Assembly (NCBI GenBank): GCA_043805085.1
Contig: JAZDII010000086.1
Coordinates: forward strand, 2,807 to 66,806
Length of the DNA: 64,000 bases
Direction: 5' to 3'
Origin: a bacterium
Lineage (GTDB): Bacteria; Verrucomicrobiota; Verrucomicrobiia; Methylacidiphilales; Verrucolacustridaceae
Within the stretch, counting starts at the first letter, position 1. Each line of letters opens with the position of its first letter. The translations under genes and the position numbers were made by a program. This document shows, one piece after another, positions 9,933 to 18,771 of the stretch. The notes below the pieces were generated by a model, which saw only the letters and a list, made by a program, of their open reading frames with translations, had not been told where the DNA came from and did no database searches.

Positions 9933-11393
9933 TCAGGACAAAGAAACATCCACGCCCCGATGAGTTACCGCATGGCGAATGAGCACATAATTCGCGCCCA
10001 AACCATCCGTCCGCACGCACGGCGCTTGGCCGAAGATGGACTTCACGCCAATGCCCCTATCATCGCCGTAATTTTGATGATCCGAAACAATACGCAGATT
10101 CTTAATCCGGCCATACGCCCGCACCGCAGCCATCGCGCCGAAGAGAAACGTCGAACCAATCGGCACGCCATTCTCATTCGCCTCAATAATCAGCGAACCT
10201 TCCGGGTGAGCATCCGTATGCTTAGCCGCATTCCACGTCACGCCGCCCAGAGTCGTCTCGGCAATGCCGCCCGCCGCAGCTCTCAAACGCCCGGCCATCA
10301 CCAGCTTATTGCCGGAATTGGTCACATACTGATAGAAACCCCACTTGCCCGCGTTCGCGCCTGTCAGGTTATAAACAATGACATAGCGATCTGTCGTGAA
10401 CGTCTCCGCATCTTGATCGGCAAAGAACTTAAAGTCGTAGTTCGAGAACGACTCAAAGTATTGCGGCGCGGGCGTCCGAGCCACATTAGCCGTATTGCCG
10501 CCGCCGTAAATATCCTGCGCCGTGTCCGCCGCTGTAACCGCCGAACCCAAATACGCCTTCGGCAACATCGGGCAACCCACCGGCCCCGCGCCTGCATAAT
10601 CTACAGGCGAAAATTCAAAAATACCCTGACCAGCCCAATCCGTATAACCGCCAGCAAAAAGCGGATTATCCTGACCGCGCAAAGCCGCCTCGCGCAAACC
10701 CTGCAAATAAGCCGTCGAAGCCTTCACACTGCGCAAACCCGTCTTCGTTCCCACCACAAGAAACTGATGAACCTCGCTGCCGTGAACCGACTGGCCGATA
10801 TTCGCCGGAATCGCGCCGTTGATCTGCGCGGCTTCCGCTGCGTCCTCGATTACCGTCGTCGAAAGCGTGTCGACCAACGTCAACGTGCTGTCGCTCTGCC
10901 TGCTGTTAGGGCGAACGGTATTGCGCTGCTGCGCGCTATTGATCAACTTCAACATCATCGCCGTCTGCTTATAACGCCCCATCCAATCGGCCAGCGCGTC
11001 GCGGCATCTATTATCCAACTCCGAGCCGACATCCGTGAACTCCGATGCCGCAAACTGTAACCCAACAACCTTGCGCACAATCTCCACGCGCACATCATAA
11101 CTCCCCAAACTCAACTGCTCCTCCTGCCCCTCCGCGTCATTGCTGCCTAAAATCGCCGGCCCGCCGAGACCCTCCATCACATGAAAATGCAACGTGTCCC
11201 CGCGCCCCTTGCTCAAATCCTCGCGCACATAAAAAGGCTTGCGACTGCCGTCCGTCCCCTCCAACGCGCTGAAAATATCCTTCGTCTGACTCAACAACTC
11301 CAAATGATTGGACCAAAACTCTTCCTTAGCCTTTGGATCTTGCGCCAAAACATCCGCCAAAGAATTAACCTCTAATTTATTTAATGAACTCAT
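9933..11393 (-). CDS. Phage major capsid protein-like (N4-gp56 / DUF4043-type, HK97 fold predicted)
   Basis: In this 486-aa protein the segment ...LSKGRGDTLHFHVMEGLGGPAILGSNDAEGQEEQLSLGSYDVRVEIVRK... matches the (K)GD-x-I-x-F...L-x-G-x-G...GD..LEG-x-EE-x-L...V-x-ID-x-xRH pattern I recall for N4-type capsid proteins. The assignment needs an HMM or structure check. Confidence 0.55.
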   Translation of the reverse strand: MSSLNKLEVNSLADVLAQDPKAKEEFWSNHLELLSQTKDIFSALEGTDGSRKPFYVREDLSKGRGDTLHFHVMEGLGGPAILGSNDAEGQEEQLSLGSYDVRVEIVRKVVGLQFAASEFTDVGSELDNRCRDALADWMGRYKQTAMMLKLINSAQQRNTVRPNSRQSDSTLTLVDTLSTTVIEDAAEAAQINGAIPANIGQSVHGSEVHQFLVVGTKTGLRSVKASTAYLQGLREAALRGQDNPLFAGGYTDWAGQGIFEFSPVDYAGAGPVGCPMLPKAYLGSAVTAADTAQDIYGGGNTANVARTPAPQYFESFSNYDFKFFADQDAETFTTDRYVIVYNLTGANAGKWGFYQYVTNSGNKLVMAGRLRAAAGGIAETTLGGVTWNAAKHTDAHPEGSLIIEANENGVPIGSTFLFGAMAAVRAYGRIKNLRIVSDHQNYGDDRGIGVKSIFGQAPCVRTDGLGANYVLIRHAVTHRGVDVSLS

Positions 11394-11430
11394 AAACCTT
11401 CTTTCTTAAAAATGAGGAAACACGCGCCGC

Positions 11431-12024
11431 TTATTTCCGCGCCTGCTGGGCAGCCGCGCTCAACACCGCCAAAAGCGCGTCTCGCCGATCCGCCCAAGAC
11501 AAACCCTTCAACCTCTCCAACACATGATCCCCCGTCATCGTACTCCTCCCATTCGTTGTCCCAAAACTCCCGGGAGCAGGAGTAAAAGGATTCTTCAAAA
11601 CACCCGTCCGCCGCGCCTCCGCAATAACAGGAACAACCGTCTTCTGACGGTTCGCATTTAAACTGCCCATCCCTTGCCCTTGCGCAGGCGGCGGCGTCAA
11701 ACCCAACGCCTCGCGCGCCAACCGATCCGCACACGTTCCATCCAACTCCGGACGCTCCCGAAGAAACTCCAGAGTCTTCCGCCTCAACGGCGTCAAATTT
11801 TGAAAACGCATGCGCAGCCCTTTCGCAGCTTGATTGACAGGCGAAGCGCTCGATCCCTCCGACAAAGACTGGCCGCTCTCCTCGGATTCCTCCTGAAAAA
11901 CGCCAGAACCAGCGGGCTCAACACCCTGCTGACACACAGACTCCGCAACAAGCGGCTCAACGCGCGCTCCATTGCCTCCTGCCTCTTCCTTCGTCGGTTG
12001 ATTCAAACTCATGCGCGCCAACAT
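11431..12024 (-). CDS. Hypothetical acidic/low-complexity protein in the scaffold position, upstream of the capsid gene
   Basis: The 197-aa ORF is the first gene of the minus-strand block. An alternative ATG lies at 12012. It is rich in Glu, Ser, Gly and Pro with no recognisable domain. Confidence 0.35.
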   Translation of the reverse strand: MLARMSLNQPTKEEAGGNGARVEPLVAESVCQQGVEPAGSGVFQEESEESGQSLSEGSSASPVNQAAKGLRMRFQNLTPLRRKTLEFLRERPELDGTCADRLAREALGLTPPPAQGQGMGSLNANRQKTVVPVIAEARRTGVLKNPFTPAPGSFGTTNGRSTMTGDHVLERLKGLSWADRRDALLAVLSAAAQQARK

Positions 12025-12138
12025 ACGCGCGTTCGCATTTCGTCAACTTAATCGCATGCTCGCGGCAATAAATCTTGACGAACACAAAGCTTTCGCATTA
12101 ATGCTTATCAAGCTTTCCAACCCACGCGGCATTTTTTT

Positions 12139-12711
12139 ATGACAACGACAACAACTCCACCAGTATCGCCTAAAAACACTACAAAGTGTTTCCCGTGGTT
12201 CTCATTTAGTAGTGTTGTCTGCATCATAGCAGCAGCTGCTGCTATTCTTTTCTTTGTCCACACAAATTACTCATTACAAGACAAAGTCGTGCAATTGCAG
12301 TTCCAGTTGGAGCAAACGCGCAATCAATTACAAGAAGCTAAAAATGAAATTGCCCAAACATTGTCGCAATTAGAGCAATCACAATCTCAATTAGAAAAAA
12401 CCCGGCACGAAATTACTCAATTACAACCACTGGCTGAAAAAGCGCGTCTTTTGCCTATCACTGTTTCTTTCAGAAAAGCGCAGCTCGGCCACGGTCAAGT
12501 CCTCCGAATTAGCAGCGAACTCAAAAAAGAGTTGCCACTGAAAATTAAAGTGACGAGTCCAACTTTTAATAAAACAGAAGTTTTTGAAAAAATTGTTTCC
12601 GGAATTTCACCACTCGAAATCGGGCATTTGCAAGGTTGGGCTTTTTCTTCTGGTGATTTAATTGAGATATCAAGCGCAGACTTTGATCCAATAACAACAA
12701 AAATGCCTTGA
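12139..12711 (+). CDS. Membrane-anchored coiled-coil protein, unknown function
   Basis: The 190-aa protein has one N-terminal TM helix (FPWFSFSSVVCIIAAAAAILFFV) followed by a Q/E/L heptad-like stretch (QLQFQLEQTRNQLQEAKNEIAQTLSQLEQSQSQLEKTRHEITQLQ). Its DNA is visibly more A/T-rich than the neighbouring genes. Confidence 0.55.
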   Translation: MTTTTTPPVSPKNTTKCFPWFSFSSVVCIIAAAAAILFFVHTNYSLQDKVVQLQFQLEQTRNQLQEAKNEIAQTLSQLEQSQSQLEKTRHEITQLQPLAEKARLLPITVSFRKAQLGHGQVLRISSELKKELPLKIKVTSPTFNKTEVFEKIVSGISPLEIGHLQGWAFSSGDLIEISSADFDPITTKMP

Positions 12712-12769
12712 TTTTTCATTCAATTTCTTTTTTCTCGAAATTCTCCGCCCCTGCGCAAAACTAGCCCCC

Positions 12770-14404
12770 GTGAAGATCGGCTGCCTGCAACTCAACGCCG
12801 CCATCGGCGCGTTCGACGCCAATATCAAAAAAACTTTCGACGCCTACCAACGCGCCGTCCGCATGGGCGCTGACATCGTCGCCGCTCCCGAGCTTTTCAT
12901 CTCCGGCTATCCGCCGCGCGATTTACTTCACCGCCGCGACTTCATCCAAGCCAACATGCGCGCCCTCGACAAACTCGCCCAACACATCGGCGAAATCCCC
13001 CTCATCATCGGCACACTCGCCCCCAGCGAAAAACGCCCCGGCAAACCTCTCTTCAACTCCGCCGCGATTCTCCTCAACGGCGGCATCCATCGCCTCATCA
13101 ACAAAAGCCTGCTCCCCTTTTACGATGTCTTTGACGAAACGCGCTACTTCGAACCAGCCGAAGACGAACCCTTCATTTTCGCCCATCGCGGCGCGCGCAT
13201 CGGCGTCACCATTTGCGAAGACATCTGGAACGACGAAGACTTCTGGCCTGAACGCCTCTACCGCCGCGACCCCGTGAAAAATCTCGTCGCGCAAGGCGTC
13301 AACGTTCTCATCAACATCGCCGCATCCCCTTGGCATCTCGGCAAAGAACGCCTCCGCCAACAAATGCTAAGCCGCATCGCGCGCGACGAAAAAATCTCCG
13401 TCATCCAAATCAACACCGTCGGCGGCAACGACGAACTCCTCTTCGACGGCCAAAGCATGGCCTTCAACACGCGCGGCGAACTCATCTTCCTCGGCAACGC
13501 ATTCGGCGAAGACGTCGCCGTCATTGACCTACAAAGCGCGCCCATCATCCCTCAACCAACCGAAGAACCCGCGCAACTTTTCTACGCCCTCGCTATGGGC
13601 GTACGCGACTACGTCCACAAATGCGGCTTCAGCAAAGTCGCGCTCGGCCTAAGCGGCGGCATTGACTCCTCCCTCGTCGCCGCCATCGCCGTCGAAGCCC
13701 TCGGCCCCGATAACGTCCTCGGCGTCGCCATGCCCTCCGACTACTCCAGCCCCGCAAGCCTCACCGATGCTGAATCCCTGGCCCGCGTATTAGAAATCGA
13801 ATTTCAAATCGTCCCCATCCAAGAAAACTTTGAACACATCTTGCGAACCCTGCTCCCCACCTTTGGCAAAGCTGCGTGGGACACCACCGAAGAAAACATC
13901 CAATCGCGCCTGCGCGGCCTCCTCCTCATGGCCATCTCCAACAAAACCGAACGGCTCGTCCTCACCACAGGCAACAAATCCGAACTCGCCGTCGGCTACT
14001 GCACCCTCTACGGCGACATGTGCGGTAGCCTCGCCGTCATCGGCGACGTTCTGAAAACACAAATCTACCGCATCGCCGAATGGCTCAACAAAAAAACAAC
14101 CATCATCCCGCCCAACGCCATCGCACGCCCGCCCAGCGCGGAACTGCGCCCCAACCAAACCGACCAAGACACACTTCCGCCTTACGCCGCTCTGGACGAC
14201 ATCATTCGCGCTTATGTTGTCGAAGAAAAAACGCTCGAAGAAATCCTCGCCCTCGGCCACGACGAAAAAACCGTCCGCGACATCCTGCGCAAAATAACCT
14301 CCAGCGAATTCAAACGCCGCCAAGCCCCGCCCACCCTCAAAATCACGCCCAAAGCCTTCGGCACAGGCCGCCGCCAACCCATCGCGCAACGGTTTGAATC
14401 ATAA
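12770..14404 (+). CDS. nadE: Glutamine-dependent NAD+ synthetase
   Basis: The N-terminal CN-hydrolase domain shows ELFISGYPP and GVTICEDIW. The C-terminal ATP-pyrophosphatase domain shows the SGGIDSS motif. The start codon is GTG. Confidence 0.9.
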   Translation: MKIGCLQLNAAIGAFDANIKKTFDAYQRAVRMGADIVAAPELFISGYPPRDLLHRRDFIQANMRALDKLAQHIGEIPLIIGTLAPSEKRPGKPLFNSAAILLNGGIHRLINKSLLPFYDVFDETRYFEPAEDEPFIFAHRGARIGVTICEDIWNDEDFWPERLYRRDPVKNLVAQGVNVLINIAASPWHLGKERLRQQMLSRIARDEKISVIQINTVGGNDELLFDGQSMAFNTRGELIFLGNAFGEDVAVIDLQSAPIIPQPTEEPAQLFYALAMGVRDYVHKCGFSKVALGLSGGIDSSLVAAIAVEALGPDNVLGVAMPSDYSSPASLTDAESLARVLEIEFQIVPIQENFEHILRTLLPTFGKAAWDTTEENIQSRLRGLLLMAISNKTERLVLTTGNKSELAVGYCTLYGDMCGSLAVIGDVLKTQIYRIAEWLNKKTTIIPPNAIARPPSAELRPNQTDQDTLPPYAALDDIIRAYVVEEKTLEEILALGHDEKTVRDILRKITSSEFKRRQAPPTLKITPKAFGTGRRQPIAQRFES

Positions 14405-14411
14405 ACAAAAC

Positions 14412-15077
14412 CTACCTCGCCTCATTCCACTTCAGCGTCCCGTAACGCTCCCGCTCTAGTTGCGCTGCGCGTTTCTCTTCGGCAAACGTCAAAACAGACT
14501 CCTCCATTTTACTTCCTAAAAAAACACACAGCCGCGGCGCAAGAGCTTCAACAATCTTTTCAAGATTCAACAAACGACTTTCCAGCGCATCCAAAAGAAT
14601 ACTCCCCTGATGAAGACATCCCTCTCGCGTCCGTCTCTGCGCCGCTCCGGCAACCTTCCGCCCGTTCAACATCACATCAAACTTTACCGGCTTCTGAAAA
14701 CAAGCATCGCCTGCGCCCACCACTTTTTCCTTCGCTAATTCAACCCGCGCCCCGCAATCTTTCAACCCCTCCGCAATCACCCGATGCGCCGCTTCATAAC
14801 TCCGCGCCGCGCCCATTTGATAAAACTCGTGCCCCCTTGGCGTGACAATCGAATACGTCACATCCGCCCCATGATCCACCAACCCGCCCCCCGTATAACG
14901 CCTCACAAAAACACGCCCCTTCGGCACAACCGAACAACATTGAAAATAACCAATCGAAACCGCCGGCTCACACCACCCATAAAACCTCAAAACCGGCTCC
15001 CTGCATTCCCTCAACAACGCCTCATCCACCGCCATATTCCAAGCAGAACCACCCAAAGAATGAATCAACAAACGCAC
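14412..15077 (-). CDS. Biotin/lipoate A/B protein ligase family protein (LplA/LipB-like)
   Basis: The 221-aa protein shows WNMAVDEALL...LRFYGW..PAVSIGYFQ and AGAAQRR, the pattern of the lipoate-protein ligase catalytic domain. The start codon is GTG. Confidence 0.7.
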   Translation of the reverse strand: MRLLIHSLGGSAWNMAVDEALLRECREPVLRFYGWCEPAVSIGYFQCCSVVPKGRVFVRRYTGGGLVDHGADVTYSIVTPRGHEFYQMGAARSYEAAHRVIAEGLKDCGARVELAKEKVVGAGDACFQKPVKFDVMLNGRKVAGAAQRRTREGCLHQGSILLDALESRLLNLEKIVEALAPRLCVFLGSKMEESVLTFAEEKRAAQLERERYGTLKWNEAR

Positions 15078-15119
15078 AACGGCAGAAATGTCTTAATTAA
15101 AAACGCGACTCTTCCTCAC

Positions 15120-16487
15120 TCACCCTGCCAATCGAATCCTTCGCATATCTGGACTTTCTATTGCCTTTAGAGAAGCGTATGCTGCCGCCTCGTCTCTAGA
15201 AAGCCGTTCCCTACTTTCAATAAAATGGTTTTCAGCCAAAAACGGCTTTCCACCCCACACGTTACCACACCCCTTTTCCAAAAATCTCCAACCTTTCCCT
15301 ATAACATGCCTGCACGCTTGACCTGCAAGGTGCGCCAAAAGATTGGAGGGTTTCTTGGCCTTTGCTTCAGCCCTCATTTCCTCGATGTGATAGAAACAAA
15401 GATCTCTAGCATGTACCATGGTATTCAAAGTGCTTTGCTTTACTTCTTCCGCTCCAATGATTTTCAAATTAAGATTCCTTCGAGGCGCGTAGCTATCTTC
15501 TATTCCCAAACTCTGTTCTAGACCGCCTACTTTGAGTTTCAGATCTGACAAACATTTGGCAAAATCACTTCCCCGACCGTCCAAATCCGTCAATTTGTGC
15601 TTTAGGGGAGTCCCTATCACTTCAAAACTCTTTACCGCAAACCTCAATAACCTTACAGCCATCTTTTTCTGATATGCATAATTAGTATTTTTAGAAAATT
15701 GAAAACTAATTTTTTCTATGATATCCTTGTTGTCGGGGTGAGGCGTCTCCGCCAAAACCACACCATCAAAATCATCATTCCTGATTGCCTCCTCCAATTT
15801 CAATGCAAGCTCACGAATGGCTGCAGCCCCGGTAGGCGAGTTCAACCTGCTACGCTCAAGTTTAAGAATCGTGGAATATTTTAATGCTATAAACAGCTCT
15901 TCCGTTTCAGCCTCAAGAGGCTTAGGTTTCTTTTTTTCTTTTTTTTCACTCTCCTCGTCTTTCTCTTCCTCCTCTTCCACTTTATCTTCTGCAGTTTCAG
16001 AAACCGCCTTAAGAAACAGCCGTTTTAATCTTTCTTTGGTTTTTATTTCTTGCTGGCTTATTTTTTGCGACTCCACTCTTTTTTGCAGATCTACCAAACA
16101 TGCGTCAAAATTCTTTTTTACGCCGTCTATAATTAAATTCGGCATCTTGTGAGCGACTCCTATCTCTCGACAGTAATACAGCGCAAGATTCGCTAACTCT
16201 CGTGCCTTCTTTTCCGAAGGCACAGGATTAGGATCATTCGTATATTTACGAACATAGTCCACTACTCTCTTGTCTTCAGAAGAGAGAGATGATGAGTCCA
16301 ATCTGGCTCCACCAAAAACGCCCTTCTCTATTGCTCTCACCATCTTCAACGCAATTTCAAAAACAGCCACACACCCTTCAGTCGAATGTAATTCATCATG
16401 AACGTTTTTTTTGATTTTAAAAACTGCGCGAATGTTAGGAACTCTCTCAAGAAATTCTTCCCTTAACTCTTCTCTAGTCTTAGGCAT
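15120..16487 (-). CDS. Hypothetical protein with an internal ~100-aa duplication and a Glu/Lys-rich linker
   Basis: The 455-aa intact ORF lies in an A/T-rich stretch. Residues ~35-140 and ~220-325 align without gaps (ALK..AI..F.G..L...DK...KK...IG...DG..F..CL.DL..KV). The linker reads EDKVEEEEEKDEESEKKEKKKPKP. I recognise no known domain. Confidence 0.6.
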   Translation of the reverse strand: MPKTREELREEFLERVPNIRAVFKIKKNVHDELHSTEGCVAVFEIALKMVRAIEKGVFGGARLDSSSLSSEDKRVVDYVRKYTNDPNPVPSEKKARELANLALYYCREIGVAHKMPNLIIDGVKKNFDACLVDLQKRVESQKISQQEIKTKERLKRLFLKAVSETAEDKVEEEEEKDEESEKKEKKKPKPLEAETEELFIALKYSTILKLERSRLNSPTGAAAIRELALKLEEAIRNDDFDGVVLAETPHPDNKDIIEKISFQFSKNTNYAYQKKMAVRLLRFAVKSFEVIGTPLKHKLTDLDGRGSDFAKCLSDLKLKVGGLEQSLGIEDSYAPRRNLNLKIIGAEEVKQSTLNTMVHARDLCFYHIEEMRAEAKAKKPSNLLAHLAGQACRHVIGKGWRFLEKGCGNVWGGKPFLAENHFIESRERLSRDEAAAYASLKAIESPDMRRIRLAG

Positions 16488-16537
16488 AAAGCGCCATTCT
16501 TTACTTTAAAAAATTCACGATCTCAACTTTACTCACT

Positions 16538-17239
16538 TTAAGCCGCCATCTTTGCCACCGCCCCATCATTACGCTCAATGATAGCGCCTTTCCCCGATTC
16601 CACTCCTTTTTCCGATTCCACTCCGGGAAAACCACCTTCTTTTTTGCCCATTTTTTCTTTCATCCGCGCCAAAGCATTTTCCATCGTCGGATCTTTCTCA
16701 CCCAATAACTTTAGCCTTAAATAACGTCCAAGGCGAAACATCATCCTGTTCAATTCTGCAAATCCAGCTTCAGGAAGTTCTTTGTTTCTCGCCGCGCGAT
16801 CTCCCGCTCGCCAAGCCTTCCAAAAAGTCTCAAACCGCGTCGCTGAAAATTTCTTCGGCAACGCTCCTTTCAAAGGCTTATAAACTTCCTCCATCTTTGA
16901 CAAACGCGCCTGATCCGCTTCTTTCATTCCCCGTTTACGAGTAATCGCCTTAGCCGCGCCCAGCATAAGTCCGGCTGTAAGAGCCCGATCTTTCACAGAA
17001 CTTCCTTCGCCCTCCCCTTCGCCGCTTATCGCATCATTAAAAAATGCCTCGCACTCATCCAGCGTAAGATCATCCCCTGTGAATCTTTCTCCCAATGCCT
17101 CGAAAAGCTCATCATGACACTGACCAACACCCCCGCTTGCGTTAGCTTCAGTGTATCTCCGATTCCAATCGCCTAATTCTTCCTTAGAAAAAAGCTCCAC
17201 ATCAGCTTGCGCTCCTTGATTTTCGTTCTCTACGCTCAT
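16538..17239 (-). CDS. Hypothetical protein
   Basis: The 233-aa intact ORF runs in the same direction as the hybrid kinase upstream and the 455-aa ORF downstream. The N-terminus is acidic and the C-terminus is K/G-rich. I recognise no domain. Confidence 0.55.
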   Translation of the reverse strand: MSVENENQGAQADVELFSKEELGDWNRRYTEANASGGVGQCHDELFEALGERFTGDDLTLDECEAFFNDAISGEGEGEGSSVKDRALTAGLMLGAAKAITRKRGMKEADQARLSKMEEVYKPLKGALPKKFSATRFETFWKAWRAGDRAARNKELPEAGFAELNRMMFRLGRYLRLKLLGEKDPTMENALARMKEKMGKKEGGFPGVESEKGVESGKGAIIERNDGAVAKMAA

Positions 17240-17304
17240 TTTTTCTCCTCAACTTCTCTTGTGTCCTCTGTCCACTTCCGTCAAGCGCGCGGCATTCTAA
17301 AGCG

Positions 17305-18690
17305 TTATAATTTCAACCTCTTCAAGGCATCTCTAAGACCCTGCGGTTCAATTGGCTTTGAAAGAAGCAGGTCCACATTTTTTGGCTCACGGCCAGACTC
17401 CTTCATTAAATCCCCAAACCCCGTCAACATGATCACCGGCAAAGACGGGTTCACTTCCTTAATCCTTTTAGCCAAAAGTTCTCCCGTCATGCCAAGCATC
17501 GCTTGATCCGTGATCACCACGTCAAAATTTTCCTTTTGCACCTTTTTCCAACCGTCCGAGCCCGAAAAAGCCGTCATCACTTTATGCCCGTCGCGCTCCA
17601 GCGTTTCCGCGAGCATGCTGCGCAACGGCTCTTCATCATCCACCACCAAAATCCGCCGCGACGGCACATGACCATTTCCGTTGGGTAAAGGCGGACTCAA
17701 CACTTGGTCAACACTCTTCCCCTCTTTTCTTTTCTCCATAGACGGCAAACAAAGCCGCACCGTCGTGCCCTTGCCCTCTTGACTCATCACCTCCAACGTT
17801 CCCTTATGCCCTTTAATAATCCCATACGCCACCGACAACCCTAAGCCGGAACCCTTCTCCAGCTTCGTCGTATAAAAAGGCTCCAAACAATTTGCCCGCG
17901 CCGCCTCCTTCATTCCCGCGCCTGTATCCTTCACCTCAATCACCGCCCACGCCCCTTCGCAACGAGTGGAAAATATCACACTGCCCTTGCGCTGAATCGC
18001 CTCGACGGCGTTAAACACGATATTCACCAACGCCTCGCTTAACTCCTCGCGCGAACCCTTCACAAAACACGGCGACTGAAAATCCGTATGAACTTCAACC
18101 GAGCAACCTCGCGCCTGCGCTTCATCCTTCCAACGCGGCCTCGTAAAATCCACCACCTCCTGCACCAACTCACGAACATCGATCTCCTCCGCCTCTCCCG
18201 TAGCGGACGGGCGGTAAAACCGCGACAACTGCTTCACCGTATGCGCCGCCTCCTGCGCAGCTTTCACAATCACATTCGCATATTTCCGGACATACACGTC
18301 GCCCTTCGCGCAAACGCCCTCGCTCGCCAGCATACTCCCCGCCAGCATAATGGGCTGCAAAAAATTATTAAACCCGTGCGCCATGCCCCGCGCCATCCGC
18401 CCCAACGCCGTCAACCGCTCCTGCTGCAAAAGCCGTTCCTGCGCCTGCTGCAAATCCTCCAACGCCTGCTTCAACTCTTGCTGCGTATTGAAAAATTTAC
18501 TTTGCGCAAGCTCGCTAAACCGCGCTAATTGCGATGTCTTTTTAAAAAGCCCCTCGCAATGACTCATCAAAGCAATCTTCGCTTCATCATGGGCTAAAGA
18601 CGTGCCTGAAAAAAATTGATCCATCTCGCTTCCTCTTTCGCTATTCGCCATCACTCGCTCCGAACACTCACAGCATGAATACGTAATCAA
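17305..18690 (-). CDS. Hybrid sensor histidine kinase/response regulator (soluble)
   Basis: The H-box is GMAHGFNNFLQPI, the N-box is NAVEA, G1 is DTGAGM and G2 is GSGLGLS. The C-terminal receiver domain shows ILVVDDEE...ITDQAMLGMTG...SKP. There is no TM segment. The true start may be the internal MANSERG. Confidence 0.85.
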   Translation of the reverse strand: MITYSCCECSERVMANSERGSEMDQFFSGTSLAHDEAKIALMSHCEGLFKKTSQLARFSELAQSKFFNTQQELKQALEDLQQAQERLLQQERLTALGRMARGMAHGFNNFLQPIMLAGSMLASEGVCAKGDVYVRKYANVIVKAAQEAAHTVKQLSRFYRPSATGEAEEIDVRELVQEVVDFTRPRWKDEAQARGCSVEVHTDFQSPCFVKGSREELSEALVNIVFNAVEAIQRKGSVIFSTRCEGAWAVIEVKDTGAGMKEAARANCLEPFYTTKLEKGSGLGLSVAYGIIKGHKGTLEVMSQEGKGTTVRLCLPSMEKRKEGKSVDQVLSPPLPNGNGHVPSRRILVVDDEEPLRSMLAETLERDGHKVMTAFSGSDGWKKVQKENFDVVITDQAMLGMTGELLAKRIKEVNPSLPVIMLTGFGDLMKESGREPKNVDLLLSKPIEPQGLRDALKRLKL

Positions 18691-18771
18691 AAAAAGCCAA
18701 GCGCTTTTACGGTTTATTTTTCACTTTAAACTTGCCTCTCCCTCCACAAACGAGAAACTCTACCGTCTTCT

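Noticed and set aside
9861-11060. A 399-aa plus-strand ORF lies opposite the capsid-like gene.
   Set aside because: Its translation is extremely Arg-rich and low in complexity (RRxRR runs). It lies antisense to a better-supported frame that has an RBS and a plausible family match.
5600-12770. I searched for att-type direct repeats or a tRNA target at the borders of the phage-like block.
   Set aside because: I could see no matching direct repeats by eye and no tRNA. The left border overlaps the sdhB stop codon. I therefore did not call this a prophage or a mobile element.
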